Source: Octopus bimaculoides (Eukaryota). Taken from it: a DNA stretch of 64,000 nt. The notes under the pieces are model-generated. The model saw only the letters and a program-made list of their open reading frames with translations. It was not told the origin of the DNA and ran no database searches. The DNA is taken from contig NC_068985.1 in the NCBI RefSeq assembly GCF_001194135.2, positions 36,718,978-36,782,977 of the forward strand, in the 5' to 3' direction. Of this stretch, positions 24,794 to 39,000 are shown in pieces. Every line of letters begins with the position of its first letter. Position 1 is the stretch's first letter. Position numbers and translations under genes: made by a program.

Positions 24794-25037
24794 TAAATAA
24801 GTAAAAATAGCATCAGCACAGAAGCTTGCCATAGAGTTGTAATACAACACTATGTTATTTCCATAAAAAAATGTAACATAGCACTAACTTATTTTGAAAA
24901 TCGAAACCGCTGTTTGAATAATTTATAAACATTGAAAAAGTGACTGAAGAGGCGGCGAAAAAGTTTTCGGAAAAGAAAGACTGTAGAGAAACAAGTGAGG
25001 TGTTGATAGGTTATAGTAATATGGCTCTTCTAAGACG

Positions 25038-25345
25038 AGGAGCTGGCAGAATCGTTAATTGTTACCACGTCCCCGAACTTGCTGGCCTTGTGCTAAAATT
25101 TGAAACCAATAATATGGCTCATCTAGGCAGCGAGCAGGTAAAATCGTTAAGCACGCCAAGTAATATGCTTCGCGGAATTTCGTACATTCCTACGTTCTCA
25201 GTTCGAATTCTGCCGTGGTCGACTTTATCTTTCATTCTTTCTGGGCCGATATAATAAGATGTAGTTGTGTACTGGGGTCGATGTAATCGATTAAACTCTC
25301 TCCTCTGAACTTGCTGGGCTTGTGCCAAAATTTAAAATCAATAAT
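25038..25345 (+). mobile_element. Two tandem SINE family B copies (first internally deleted)
   Basis: GAGCTGGCAGAATCGTT...GGCCTTGTGCTAAAATTTGAAACC, then a second head, body and tail. Confidence 0.8.
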
Positions 25346-25599
25346 ATGTCGCTTTCGAACTGAAAGAAACTTAAAGTCCTAGTCAAACAGAAAGTTATAT
25401 CATATTGTGTGTGTGAATTTGTATGTTTGTGTGTGTTTCAGTTTGAGTATATATAATTATACACACGTATGCTTATATATAAATATGTTTATATAGATGC
25501 TTGTAACTACATTCGTATGCATGCATGCATGCATGCATGCTGTCGTACTCTTTTTAATTTAGAATAAATTTTGACCGGCCACCTGCTTGGTAGCAAAGC

Positions 25600-25990
25600 T
25601 GTGAAGGAAAGTTATCTTTCTTTCTTCATCATCCTTTAAATCGTAAGAAGATTTTGCAGATTTTTATAATCCCAGATACCACGATCATTTGTACTGAATT
25701 AAGGATTTGTGTTCCTTTCCCCCACGCCAATCAAAACACACGTTCAGTCATACTTTGCTCAAGATGGGTTGGTGCGTATCCTATTGCTTCAATAATAATA
25801 GGAATGAAGTTGAAAGTGCTTCTTGTGTACTGAATTTGCAAACACCTTATCAGTGGTCCATAGGTGTCCCTTTCTATTTTTCTAACCATATTGGTGTCCC
25901 GAGGGCAGCTAATTTCTACATCTTTTCCATGTGGTCCCACACAACAATATCTGGTCGACTGGGTTTTAATTTGATAGATGCTTTAATTAT
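25600..25990 (-). mobile_element. 3' end of a non-LTR retrotransposon with restriction-like endonuclease (R4/CRE/HERO-type)
   Basis: Minus strand gives SRPDIVVWD..., VEISCPRDTN...DTYGPLIRCLQIQY...FIPIIIEAIGY..., ...SGIIKICKIFLRF: the PD-(D/E)xK-type RLE C-terminus. Confidence 0.8.
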
Positions 25991-26334
25991 TAAGTTTCAT
26001 GAATAGTCTTTTATGTATGTATGTATGTATGTTTGTATGTACGTACATACATATGTATGTACACTTGAAATGCACGTATATATTTATCTATATATGGGTG
26101 ATAGTGAGGTTTGTGCGTGCTTGTATGACTATATGCATATCTGCGTCTTTCTTTCTCTCTCTCCCTCTTTCTCTCTCCCTCTCTCTGTATATGTATATGC
26201 ATTATAGATAGAAAGAAAGATAGATAGATAGATACATACACACACATATCCACAAACACTCACATATACGCAACACACACACACAGAGACACACACACAC
26301 ACACACACACGCACACACACACACGCACACACAC

Positions 26335-26383
<49 letters not shown>

Positions 26384-27190
26384 CTACTACCGCACTACAA
26401 CAATAAGCCAAACACGAACCAAACGAAGCAGCATCAATCCCTTATTAGACAAGGATGAAAAGCGACACAAAAAGATTTTTAAGGGTAAAAAAAAAAAATA
26501 TTGTAGACGTGGAAGTTTCTCTTTTGAAGAAGGGGAAAAAAATGAAACTTATTTCTCTTTTTTGAACATATAAGAACAAGAAAATATATAATTAAAATAG
26601 AATTCTTAAGAGCACTTAAAAGTCCACAAATGGTTCTCTGAAAAGAATTCTTTTTCTCTTTTTTGCGCCTTGTATCTGATGAGAAAAACATGTAAAACTA
26701 ATGTAAAAAATTATACGTTGTAAATAGACTCAACAATAACAAAACAACCGAGAACTGTTTCAACAAATAATAAACACCAGAAGAACAATCGTATTAACAC
26801 TAGAAAATAGCTTCCATTTATTTTTTAAACTATATTAGAAAATGATATGTTCACACATTATCTAGTTATTTTCTTTACTTCTCGTCGTCGTCGTCATTAT
26901 CATGATCACCATAACAACCACAAACACAATGACGACGACGACGACGACGACCATCACCATCACTGCTGCCCATATCCCTCCCCACCATTACTAACACAGC
27001 ATTAATAATAATTGTCTCGTGGTAGTTTGAGGGAGGAGGGCGTCGATTACATCGGCCCCAACACTGGATTGTTACTTCATTACATCGCACCCGAAAGGAT
27101 GTAAAGCAAAGTTAAGCCTAGAGAGATTCGAAGTTAGAATATAAAGAACCAAATTCAAACATATGTAATGAATTTGCTGCACCATCGCCC

Positions 27191-27345
<155 letters not shown>

Positions 27346-27427
27346 TGTTGTCTCTTGAGGTTTCTGGGTGAGACTTGGATCCAACTTGTACAAATGCAAA
27401 GCAACAGTCAAACAAAATAATAATAAT

Positions 27428-28500
27428 AATAATCCTTTCTACTATAAGTACAGGGCTTGAAATTTTTGGGCGAGTGGGCTAATCGATTTCCTCGACCCCA
27501 GTGCGTAACTGGTACTTATTTCATCGACCCCAAAAGGATGAAAGGCAAAGTCGATTTCAGCAGAATTTGAACTCAGAGTGTAAGGATGCACGTAATGACG
27601 TTAAGCATTTGCCCGGCGTGCTAACGATTCTGCCAACTTGCTGCCTTCCCTGTAACTGCTGATCTTCTTCTTCTTCTTCTTCTTCTTCTTCTTCTTTAGG
27701 TGGCGAGCTGGCAGAATCGTTAGCATTCCGAGCAAAATGCTTTGCGGTATTTCGTCCGTCTTAATGCTTTGAATTCATATTCCGTCGTGGTCAACCTGCC
27801 TTTCCATCCTTTCGGTAAAATGAGTAGCGGTCGAGCACCGGGTTCGACGTAATCGAGTAGCCCCCTCGCCACAAATGTCAGGCTTTGTGCCTATAGTAGA
27901 AAGAATAATCATTATTAGGAGGCGAGCGAGTAGAATTGTTAGCACGCCGGACAAAATGCTTAAAAGCATTTTCGTCTGTCTTTCCGTTCTGAGTTCAAAT
28001 TGTACTGAGGTCGACTTTGCCTTTTATGCTTCCGAGGTCGATGAAATAAGTACCATTTATGCACTGGAGTCGATTACATCGACTAGCTTCGACCCCAAAT
28101 TTTCAGGGCTTGTGACTGTAGTAGAAAGAATGATTATTAATCAAGGTGGTGAGATGCCGCCAAGGTCGATTTTACCGTTCATCCTTTCGAAGTTGTTACA
28201 ATAAATACTAGTTGAGCACTGGGATTGATGTAATCGACTTACTCCCTCTCCTGAAATTGCTGGTCTTGTGCTAAAATTTGAAACCATTATTAAGGTGGTG
28301 AGCTGACAGAATCATTAGTGCATAAAACCAAATGTTTAGCGGAATTTCTTCCAACCGTACGTTTTGTATTCAAATCGAGACCAATTTTCCTTTCATTAAT
28401 TCAGAGTCGATAAATTAAAGTACTAATTAAGCACTGGGGCTTATGCAATCGGCTAACCCCATTCTTCCTAAAATATTACTGGTTTTGTGCTGAAACCAGT
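27428..28500. mobile_element. Cluster of five SINE family B copies (one minus, then four tandem plus)
   Basis: Copies at about 27428-27648 (-), 27697-27915, 27918-28140, 28143-28290 (deleted middle) and 28291-28500 (+). Each plus copy begins within a few bases of the previous ATT-rich tail. Confidence 0.88.
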
Positions 28501-30866
28501 AGCAATATTTCGTGTCTATATCAAATATTTGGAATTTTTACTCAATTCCGTGCATTCTTTATGCCATTTCTCATACCATCCAAAAAACAAAGGGAATCCT
28601 TATTAATATATTGATTAAGAGGGAAATGGTGTGAAAGTTTTCTTCCCTAAAGAACTCTTGAACCATCTTTTACGGAGGCTATCTTTTTTTTTTAGTTAAA
28701 AAAAAAACCCAGAGAAATAATCAAACGTAATAATACTTGTGTCACCAACAACACCTGTATCACCAATAAGTCGGATATTGAAACAATATAATTCAATACT
28801 TTAAAGTGCCCATATACTGGTATTTAAGTTTCCATGTTTTATATATGACATCCCGGCATTTAATATGATGTAATTTGTCAACACTTAACTATTATTTTTC
28901 ATACGAATGGTGTCTCTGAGTTAATTATTTCCTAAAACCCTGTACATTTTACCCAGTGAGTATTCTTTTACTACTTTGGCATGTACATAGAAGTAAATGC
29001 TTTGTTGATGTGATATTAATCAGATCCAAACATGCCTCAGGTTTTCTCCTGCACTTGCTGAAGTATTTACAATATTAGTCATTAAGTAATAATGATTTTT
29101 TTTCCCCAGACCGCATAATTGTTTCTTGTTAGTCTTTTGATCTCCCTTACATTAACTATGTTAACACTTGCTAGACTTATGGTATAATAACACTATTTAA
29201 ATACCCTCTTGACTCGATTATTTACACATTATGTCTGTAATCTGAAAGCAGTAATTCCTTCGTGTATCACTAATCTTTACTCTTATGTATATAACATCAG
29301 CAAATTGCTTCATAAAGTCAAGATTAAAAAAAACTGTAATTTTGACCACTCATTTGTAAAATTATTGTAGGAAATTAACTTTGAAAAACAATGTTAATTT
29401 AAGTAAAAGAAATTATAGTTTCCCACTGTCTTTGTGAAGTTTCAACGCAGGTTTGAAAGTTCTAATGTAAAGTTAGATGTTAAATATTGTAAACACTTAG
29501 TAAATAAAAGGAAATTCTTAAGACAATAAATTTCAATAAAAGGTCAAAAAAAAAAACAAACTAAAACAAACATGTAAATATTAACTGTTAGGTGAACTGT
29601 ACACATCTAGAAAAATATGCCACGCATTTCAAATTACATCTCTTTCCGAGACCCTGCCCTTTATAATTCTAATATAGCGAGAGAATTTAAAGAAAAACAA
29701 ACTTTCATCCACATTTAATAAGGCACTAATATTTTAAGTCCACACTAATAAAGTAGTTTTACACTTCTCTCTTCTCTAAATAAATGCCCTAGGTAAAGAT
29801 GTCAATAGTGCAAATAACAGCGACAACAACGAAAATTACTAATTGGCTGATCTTTATCTGAAATAATATATAAATACGGATGTTGGCTTGAAGAAACAAG
29901 CCAACCTCCATCCGCTTTTAAGAAGAGGAACTGAATAATTAAGTGTTGTGCGAAAAGACCTTGTTGAATGAATTAGTAAAGCACTTGGCGACTCCATAAA
30001 CGCGGGTTGTAGATAAAACAAAGGTATAAAGTTTCTTGCTCTTTAGAACGGAACTAATTTCATTTTATAAACTGCTCATGCGTATGCGAGGAAACGGAAA
30101 GAAATGCAAGTTTGGCTTAAATAAAACTCGAATTTAGAAGCAGGCTGCATGAAATCCAAGACATTTCAAACAAAAATAAGTTAAGAATTCGTGTGATTCT
30201 TAGAGATTTGAAGACGATTAATGATTTCCAGTGAACCTGAAGTATATATATTTTTTACACGAATACTTTTATTTTCTTACGAATAAAATGATAATTGTTC
30301 ATATTTATTTGTTTCTTTTTCTAGTCCGATGGTTATTTTTTAGTCAGCCATTTCTGGTGTACATATTTCGGAGTTTATACACTTTTATTCCGAACCACTT
30401 CACAATTACTGTAGTATGAATCATATTTGATCCCAGTAAACCACGCAATGGAAGAAAAAAATGTTGAACTAGACGACAGTGGTGAGAACAAGAATAATAA
30501 ACCAATGACTACGACGACGATGGTGATAATTGAAACAACAACATACTTGCTTCATTTTAATAATAATTACACGTTTAAAGAATAACAAAACATTAAGATA
30601 TTTGAAGAATGAAAACTATTAAATTAACAGAGATAAAGATCTAACAAAAAAAATCACTGGATGGAAGCTGTTTTGGTATTAATAAAAGAATGTTTTATTT
30701 AAATACTGGAATGTTTTAAATCAAAATATGGGAATGATTTGATATCAAACCGTAAGTGTCGTAATAAACAGAATTTAAACCTTCGGTCTCTTTCTCATCT
30801 TTTTATAATTAAAAAGAACATTGTTTTTTTATTTACCCTTATACTTATCAAACGACCAATGCGTTC

Positions 30867-31786
30867 NNNNNNNNNNNNNNNNNNNNNNNNNNNNNNNNNN
30901 NNNNNNNNNNNNNNNNNNNNNNNNNNNNNNNNNNNNNNNNNNNNNNNNNNNNNNNNNNNNNNNNNNNNNNNNNNNNNNNNNNNNNNNNNNNNNNNNNNNN
31001 NNNNNNNNNNNNNNNNNNNNNNNNNNNNNNNNNNNNNNNNNNNNNNNNNNNNNNNNNNNNNNNNNNNNNNNNNNNNNNNNNNNNNNNNNNNNNNNNNNNN
31101 NNNNNNNNNNNNNNNNNNNNNNNNNNNNNNNNNNNNNNNNNNNNNNNNNNNNNNNNNNNNNNNNNNNNNNNNNNNNNNNNNNNNNNNNNNNNNNNNNNNN
31201 NNNNNNNNNNNNNNNNNNNNNNNNNNNNNNNNNNNNNNNNNNNNNNNNNNNNNNNNNNNNNNNNNNNNNNNNNNNNNNNNNNNNNNNNNNNNNNNNNNNN
31301 NNNNNNNNNNNNNNNNNNNNNNNNNNNNNNNNNNNNNNNNNNNNNNNNNNNNNNNNNNNNNNNNNNNNNNNNNNNNNNNNNNNNNNNNNNNNNNNNNNNN
31401 NNNNNNNNNNNNNNNNNNNNNNNNNNNNNNNNNNNNNNNNNNNNNNNNNNNNNNNNNNNNNNNNNNNNNNNNNNNNNNNNNNNNNNNNNNNNNNNNNNNN
31501 NNNNNNNNNNNNNNNNNNNNNNNNNNNNNNNNNNNNNNNNNNNNNNNNNNNNNNNNNNNNNNNNNNNNNNNNNNNNNNNNNNNNNNNNNNNNNNNNNNNN
31601 NNNNNNNNNNNNNNNNNNNNNNNNNNNNNNNNNNNNNNNNNNNNNNNNNNNNNNNNNNNNNNNNNNNNNNNNNNNNNNNNNNNNNNNNNNNNNNNNNNNN
31701 NNNNNNNNNNNNNNNNNNNNNNNNNNNNNNNNNNNNNNNNNNNNNNNNNNNNNNNNNNNNNNNNNNNNNNNNNNNNNNNNNNNNNN
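30867..31786. other. Largest assembly gap
   Basis: N run. Other gaps at 7-68, 896-1359, 2586-3046, 7784-7982, 10347-10454, 12829-13157, 13856-13865, 23162-23431, 24471-24480, 41635-41644, 45880-46570, 47079-47386 and 63281-63347. Confidence 1.
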
Positions 31787-32005
31787 AGCTCTACATTGTA
31801 ATTTGTCCATTTTCTGTATTTAGCCCTGTGTGGCTATAATAAAAAGATATCTATCTATCTATCAATCTATCTAGCTGTCTGTCTGTCTGTTCGTTACTAG
31901 AGATGGAATCAGTATTAGTTCAAAACAGGAATCTGTACATCATACTTTAAGCAGAGGAAAATCGTTCAGCAGCGGAGATGATATTGCTTCTTTGAGCTTC
32001 GTTAA

Positions 32006-32039
<34 letters not shown>

Positions 32040-32099
32040 ATTTAGCTTAACCAGTGACTTGTTGGAAAAATAACGCAAAGAAAGAGCAAAATTGTATAA

Positions 32100-32760
32100 G
32101 ATAGGAAAATTTGTTAATTGGCATAAAATAATCTTCTTTCAACATAGGCGCACGAGGCCAGAAAACTGACTCAGTATCTGAGTGGTTCTCTATTTTATTG
32201 ATACTGGTGGGAAAAAGGGCAAAATTGACTTTGACAGAACATGAACTCAGAATCTAAAGGACCAGAACAAATACAGCAACTTATCCCTTCCGATGCTGTA
32301 ACAATTCTGTCAATCTGCTGCCAGCGCAGTTATGAAATAATGGTTTCTAACTTAGGTACAAGGCCAGCAATTTTGAAGGGAAGGGATTAGTTGTTACTAT
32401 TGACTCTAGTAATTGACTGGAACTTTATTTTATTGGTCCCAAAGTTAACCTCGGCGTGATTTAAACTCAGAACCTAACAATCAGAAGAAATTCCGCAAGG
32501 AAAATTGTTTTCGGCACTTTAACGATTCTGCTAGCGCATCGCCTCAAACATTGGCTTCTAATTTAGGTATAAAGCCAGCAGTTTGGAAGAGAGTGGGGTT
32601 AGTTGATTACATCGACATTAGTTCTTATTTTATTGATTTTGCAAGAATTAAAGCAAAGTTGATACTGGTGCGATTTGAACTCAGAACGTAAAGAACTGAA
32701 ACAAATACAGAAGCGTATTTTGTGCGAAGCTGTAATAATTCTGCTAATTGGCCGCCCTTG
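32100..32760 (-). mobile_element. Three tandem decayed SINE family B copies
   Basis: Repeated AAGGCCAGCAA..TTT...GAACTCAGAA...AACGATTCTGC modules at about 32100-32320, 32340-32545 and 32550-32760. Confidence 0.7.
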
Positions 32761-32802
32761 TAAACACCAATATATAATAACAAATCGATGATCTAAAATC
32801 GA

Positions 32803-32910
32803 TTCTTCTTCTTCTTCTTCTTCTTCTTCTTCTTCTTCTTCTTCTTCTTCTTCTTCTTCTTCTTCTTCTTCTTCTTCTTCTTCTTCTTCTTCTTCTTCTT
32901 CTTCTTCTTC
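32803..32910. repeat. (CTT)n microsatellite
   Basis: Directly visible. Confidence 0.98.
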
Positions 32911-33767
32911 CTTTATCTATTATTCTATTTACCCCCCTCGTATTTTGTAAATAACATCCAAAAGAAGGCAGCGAGAAACTATCTTTGTATTGACCCAAGC
33001 AAATTCCATGACAAGTACATAGTTTTTGACCAGGAAGTCATGCTGGTTTTTCGTCTACCTAGGGTTAAAAAAGAACACCAACAGCAATAACAACAGTAAC
33101 AAGGCGTGCAGATACGTTAACCACATGCAAATCCATATGCACTCTCACATATAATGCACTTACACCGACGTTACACACCCACTTTGTCTGTCTCTCTCAC
33201 ACGCATGTATATACATATGTATTCATTATATGTATATATATATATACATGTGTAAATGTATGTATATATGATGACTGCAAACCAATTTTGAGCCATGCTA
33301 TCGCTTGCTTGTTCTCTTAAACATTTTTAGTGCAGATGTGGTTTTTAAGTTTTGGTAGTGACCTGCACTCTTCTGTGGTACAGAGGTAATAACCTTGGAT
33401 GCCTTTTGCAGTAGGTGTTGAGAGATCATAACAGCCACGCTGACACCTGCCTTCATTCCATCATGGAATTTTGCCTTTCTCGGCTACCGCCAACCACAGT
33501 ATGCAAGACATAATTGAGACTTTAAAAATCAAGCGATTTGTATATTTGAATGTATATATACATACACACACTCACATATACAGTCCACGCATCTTTAAAT
33601 GGGTAACCCTGCGACAAATTGGAGTTCCGTTCGGGTGGAATGTTGACCTGCCCACCAAGCTAGCGGAGTGGTATTATTCGAAAGCAAAGATAATGCGAAG
33701 AAGAGTATTAGGACCAGCAGCTGTATATCAACATTTGATATTCTGGATGAAACTGTGACATAGCGAT

Positions 33768-33833
<66 letters not shown>

Positions 33834-34956
33834 TGTGGGTATGTATGAGTGAATGGCTGGGAAATAAATTTGTAACACTAGATTTCAATTTAGCCCTGAT
33901 CAAGATAAACGAAAATATCACGAAACAGAGTCTTTTTATATAATTGTTTTGTTCGTCTTTGATGATCTAAATACAAAATTGATGACAGCTTTTGGAGATT
34001 CCTAAACACTTTCCACATGAAATCTGGAGTTGCTTTTAACACCTTTGTTTCATAAATAACAAGTATATTTTTGTTGAAAATTATTCGACGACCAAATTTT
34101 TTTTTGTCAAAGCATTATATCAATTAACAAATATAGAAACCAAAAATAAAACAACACCTCCAAAGTATAAATATATATATATATATAAAAGAATTATATA
34201 AATATATAAACAACAAATAAACGCTACCTCTCAACAGCAATGTTCTATATATAAACAATTCATTCTACCCCGCAAACCATAAGTGAACAAATAAATAGAT
34301 GTTCTCACTGCAGTCTTTATTTGACGTTACTTGTAAAATGTTTTCTAGATTTAGTACTGATATGGCTATTTTGTCAAGCGTTACCGTAATGATATGCCCT
34401 GGTACGATACGATATTTAGTGCTCTATGCGAAAGTAAGGTCTTTATTTGTGCAGTTAGACATTTGGATGTTTCCATTTCTTTATTTCCTTCCCAATTTTA
34501 GTTTATCTTTTGTATTTTACTATTTTTTGTCTTCTTGGAATCTAAACAAAATCACCAAAAATTTCTTTCTTTCGAGATTATATACAAAGCTATTTCTGTG
34601 AGAGGAAATATTATCTGTGGTGTTCTTCTCACGTTCAGATGTATTCTTGATATAACTAGTGATGATCACAAATGATAAATACTTTACTCATCAGAAGATA
34701 ATCTATCTTGGAAATGGAAAATTAAGACTTCCAACTAAATAAATAATAATCCCAATGAGGACTAAAGCACTTGTATCGCTAGATGGATAAGAAGTTCCTT
34801 TTGTAATCACGTAGTCTTTATGTCGATTCCACTAAACGGCACTTTAGGTAAGTATCTTCTACTGTATCATCTGGTTGACCGTTACCTTGTGAGTATGGAA
34901 TTTGGTGAATGGAAACCGTATAGAAGTCCATAAACTACATACATACATGCATACAT

Positions 34957-35112
34957 AGGCGCAGGAATGGCTGTGTGGTAAATAGCTTGCATACCAACCA
35001 CATGGTTCTGGGTTCAGCCCCACTGCGTGGCCCCTTGGGCAAGTGTCTTCTACTATAGCCCCGGCCGACCAAAGCCTTGTGAGTGGATTTGGTAGATGGA
35101 AACTGAAAGAAG

Positions 35113-35146
<34 letters not shown>

Positions 35147-35250
35147 TTTCTTTCAGTTTCCATAAGTTCTGGGGTCGATTTGCTCGACTAAAGGCGGTGC
35201 TCCAGCATGGCCGCAGTCAAATGACTGAAACAAATAAAAAAATAAAAGAA
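34957..35250 (+). mobile_element. SINE family A copy whose middle is replaced by an (AT)n-centred fold-back palindrome
   Basis: Low-divergence head and 3' end. GGAAACTGAAAGAAGGCC-(AT)14-GGCTTTCTTTCAGTTTCC at 35098-35161. A partial decayed copy lies upstream at 34842-34930. Confidence 0.9.
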
Positions 35251-35264
35251 TACATATCTACAGT

Positions 35265-35640
35265 TACACTATCTAGATTACAGATTCGGGTCTATACCTG
35301 TAATTATTGGGGCACTGGGATATGTAACACAATGCCTAAATACCAATCTTGAGAAATTAGGCATCTCATAACCAGAAAGGAGAAAGCTAGATCCAAGCCC
35401 TCACTGGAACAGGTTATCATTGAAGTATATATGAGCATGTCTAGACATGCAACTATATGTATGAGAATACAAAAAACAAAGCACTCAGATCTGCTCATAT
35501 TCATACATACAAACATACATACAAAGATAATCTGTTGATGTTGTTGAAATTCTAATGTGGGAGCCTTGGATCTAGGCTAGAAACCGACTCTTTCTCTATT
35601 GGCAAGAAATCTTGAAATAAACTAAATAATGACATACATA
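35265..35640 (+). mobile_element. 3' end and 3'UTR of an RLE-type LINE
   Basis: YLDYRFGSIPVIIGALGYVTQCLNTNLEKLG matches the same C-terminal motif as 25600-25990. Confidence 0.7.
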
Positions 35641-35940
35641 CAAACACAGTGATACATGCACACACGCGCGCGCGCACGCACACACAAACATGTCGTATAC
35701 ACCCCATCCGTATATAATACACATACACGCATATATATGCCTATGTGAGTCTGTGTTTGTGTTCATGTTTATATTTCCGTGTTGTACATGTTTATCTCCT
35801 TTTATATGTCACAAGTTAGCGATTCGACAAATAGCGCTCGATAAAATAAGCATAGGAATGAAATAAATCCTGATGTCCATATGATAAAATAAATTATTGA
35901 AGGTAGTGCCCCAGGATGGCAACAGCCCAATGTCTGTCTG

Positions 35941-36023
<83 letters not shown>

Positions 36024-39000
36024 GAGTGCGTGCGTGTGTGCATGTGTGTGTGTGTATGTGTGTGTGTGTGTGTGTGTGTTTGTGTATGTGTGTGTGTGTG
36101 TGTGTGTGCGTTTATGCTTCCTCCCACACTCTTATATACGATTTAAAACGTTATAAAAAGATCTGTGGCTGACACAAAATCAAGTTTTTTTCCGATTCAT
36201 AACATGGATTCAGACAAACCACATTGTTTGCAAATTTTACAGGAATTAAAAGAGACAGATTTAGCAAAGAAAACTTTGCACGCTCCATTTTAGCTAACAT
36301 CGACATCAACACAGTTCTTGATTTTTTGGTGTCTATTCGTAAACAAACTATTGAAACCTCGCGAACAATCTGTGAGGTCGTCAATGAGTACAATGATAAT
36401 ATATTCCGAATTTGTAATTTTCCAAGCAAACTACCACAACGAACTCTGCTCAGTAATTGTTTTTTTTTCAGTTTATAGGACATTTCTAAACTTCTTTAAA
36501 GCATGAAGTTTCATATGTATTCCTCGTATTTACCTACAAGCAGTTAGAGTGTCGTTCTCAGCCAGGCAAAGATATATATCTTGAAGTGTGAGTCACACCT
36601 GATCGTTCAACTAATTACCTAGGTATCATAAGTCTACAGAATCAGAGTTGGCAGCAACAGCAGCAACAACAACAAAGATACCAAAAACAACAACAGCAAA
36701 AAAGGAAATATTTTCATTGGGGTATAATTAATGATATTTTTGAATTAAATTCTGAATTATTATTTTAATAATTTGCTTCCATAGCAACAGAGAAGAAATT
36801 AAATTTCTCTCTGTTGTGACAGCTACCAAATAAATTTGTCTCATTTAATTTAAACTATGAGAAGTTATTAGCCACCGTGTTCCCTCGACCACAATGGTCT
36901 TTATTCAAATGTTTTAAAAATAAAATGCTATTCAAGGTATTGAGAAAAGTAATCTTAATTTTTATTTCCTTTAATAGAATAGATCAGAAAAAAGTAAGAC
37001 TTTTAGTAAAGGATGTATTAAAATCAAGTTACCTTTTTAAAGGGGAAAAGAGGGAAAAATCAATACAGCTGGGTAAAGTAATCAAATAGTAGAAGAGATT
37101 CGGCGTTTTAGCGTGTTCTACAGAATAAAATTTAGATATCCGTTAATAGCTCTATATGTGCAAATGGTTTTACCCGGTTTCAAACGAAGTGTATGAATAT
37201 TTTTGTTTGATTACACTTAGAAGCATGGGCACATGTTTGTTTTTGTGCTTGTCTACCCCTACTCCATCGCTTCATAACCAGTGTTGCTTTGTTTACATCT
37301 CCGCAACTTAGTGACTTGGCAAAGGAAAACGAAAGAATAAGAACCAGGCTTAAAAATTAAGTACTAGCATGGCCACAGTTCTACGACTGAAACAAGTAAA
37401 AGATAAACTATGTCTCTCGATCTTACTTCTTCGTGCCTAGAAACTGGAGCTTATGTGACTGTATCAGTAATAAGTTATAGAAAAGTGACTTGTAATATTC
37501 CTTGATATTTCTTTCTAATTGAAAAGAAGACAGATTTTGAAAACTTTCAGCCGAAACAAATAACTTGGTGTAAATAGGATACAACATGAACGAATAAATG
37601 AAACGCAAATTTTAGTATTTTGTCGGGATATTGAAGAAAGTCAGGTGAAATGACAAGTGAAGCTATAAATAAATATGAAACTATTTGGTTTCTGGATTTA
37701 TCAAAATAATCATTACAGTTAACACAAGACTACAGAACCCAAATCCCTTTATGTGTCCGTTTCGGAAAATTCACATGTCAAGAAATAATGGTGGAATAGA
37801 CACGAGAATTATTTTTGGTTTGCGTTGCCAAATAGGATTTGGAAACTATTAACATCAATATTATTGTTTCAGTTAAGCTTAGAAGAAATCTTTCGTGAAG
37901 AAATACCAGCGAAGCAACAGTAGTTACAATGTGATAAGATTGTACGTGCAATAATTGTTTGGAGGTACGCTTCAGTGTGTAAAATTTCAAATGAAGACAT
38001 GGACACACAGTCGAATGAAATGCATGTAGATACATGCGAAAGATATCAATGCTTTCTGCTTCTGTACGTAGATATTTCTTTTATAACGGTCGACCAAACA
38101 GCTTTCAACGTGTTTAGATTACTGAGTATTGTGCCAAAAAGGAGAAATATAGTTATATAATAGAAGATAAGCAAAGAAGATTGGTTTTATGTTGCACGTA
38201 GGAACAAACCTTTAAGTTCTGAGAAATAATGCAAAAACGTAAAGTAAATGTTTTAACGCTGACAACATCGACACAATATGTTTGCTTTGCGTGTTAAGGA
38301 CTTGAGGTGTACGTTATTAACCCAGAATAGCGTTAAATGTAGAATGTCGACAACAATCACGAGTTATTGATTCAGGAAGATGAATTTAAATGTCTAAATC
38401 TAACATATGCACAATGTTGATATATTGGTGTTTTTTTATGTAGTTGAGACTATGAATAAGTACATTGTCTTGTGTGAGTTCAACTTCTTTCAGAAATATG
38501 CAAGTGATTTTAGATCGTTAGATTTAGCTGAGTAAATGATTCGTGATCTTCATTACATCAATTGTCTAAATAATTCGTCACCTTTATTTAAAATGCAAGA
38601 TGTAAAGTTTATTAATATCTTTATATTTTTGAAATAAGGAAAAATTCATTTGCATATTACACTATTAAACGCAATTCGCTGTTGCAAGCAATTAGCAACC
38701 ATTTTAAATACAGCTGTACTTCAAAAATAATTATCGCAAAATGTAACTAAATGAAACGTAAAGTGTACGAACCGTATACTGCATTTAGCTCACTAAGATA
38801 TTGTCTCCATTATTTACCATCCGATGGTAGTAATAGTATACTGACTAAGGAAAAATACCTTCCTCAGTTTTCGTCTAGATCGCAACCTCTCAAAAATTGG
38901 AGTATTATTTTTCACCTTAGTTATTTCTCCTTCGGTGAGGTTGTAGAGGGAGAAAAGTAGAGCACATATGTCGTAACAAAAGAAACAAAGCTACAAAGAA

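Noticed and set aside
27428-28500. Regularly repeated ~200-bp units that might be read as a CRISPR array or satellite
   Set aside because: The units are diverged SINE copies with A/B boxes, there are no short identical repeats with unique spacers, and the context is eukaryotic.
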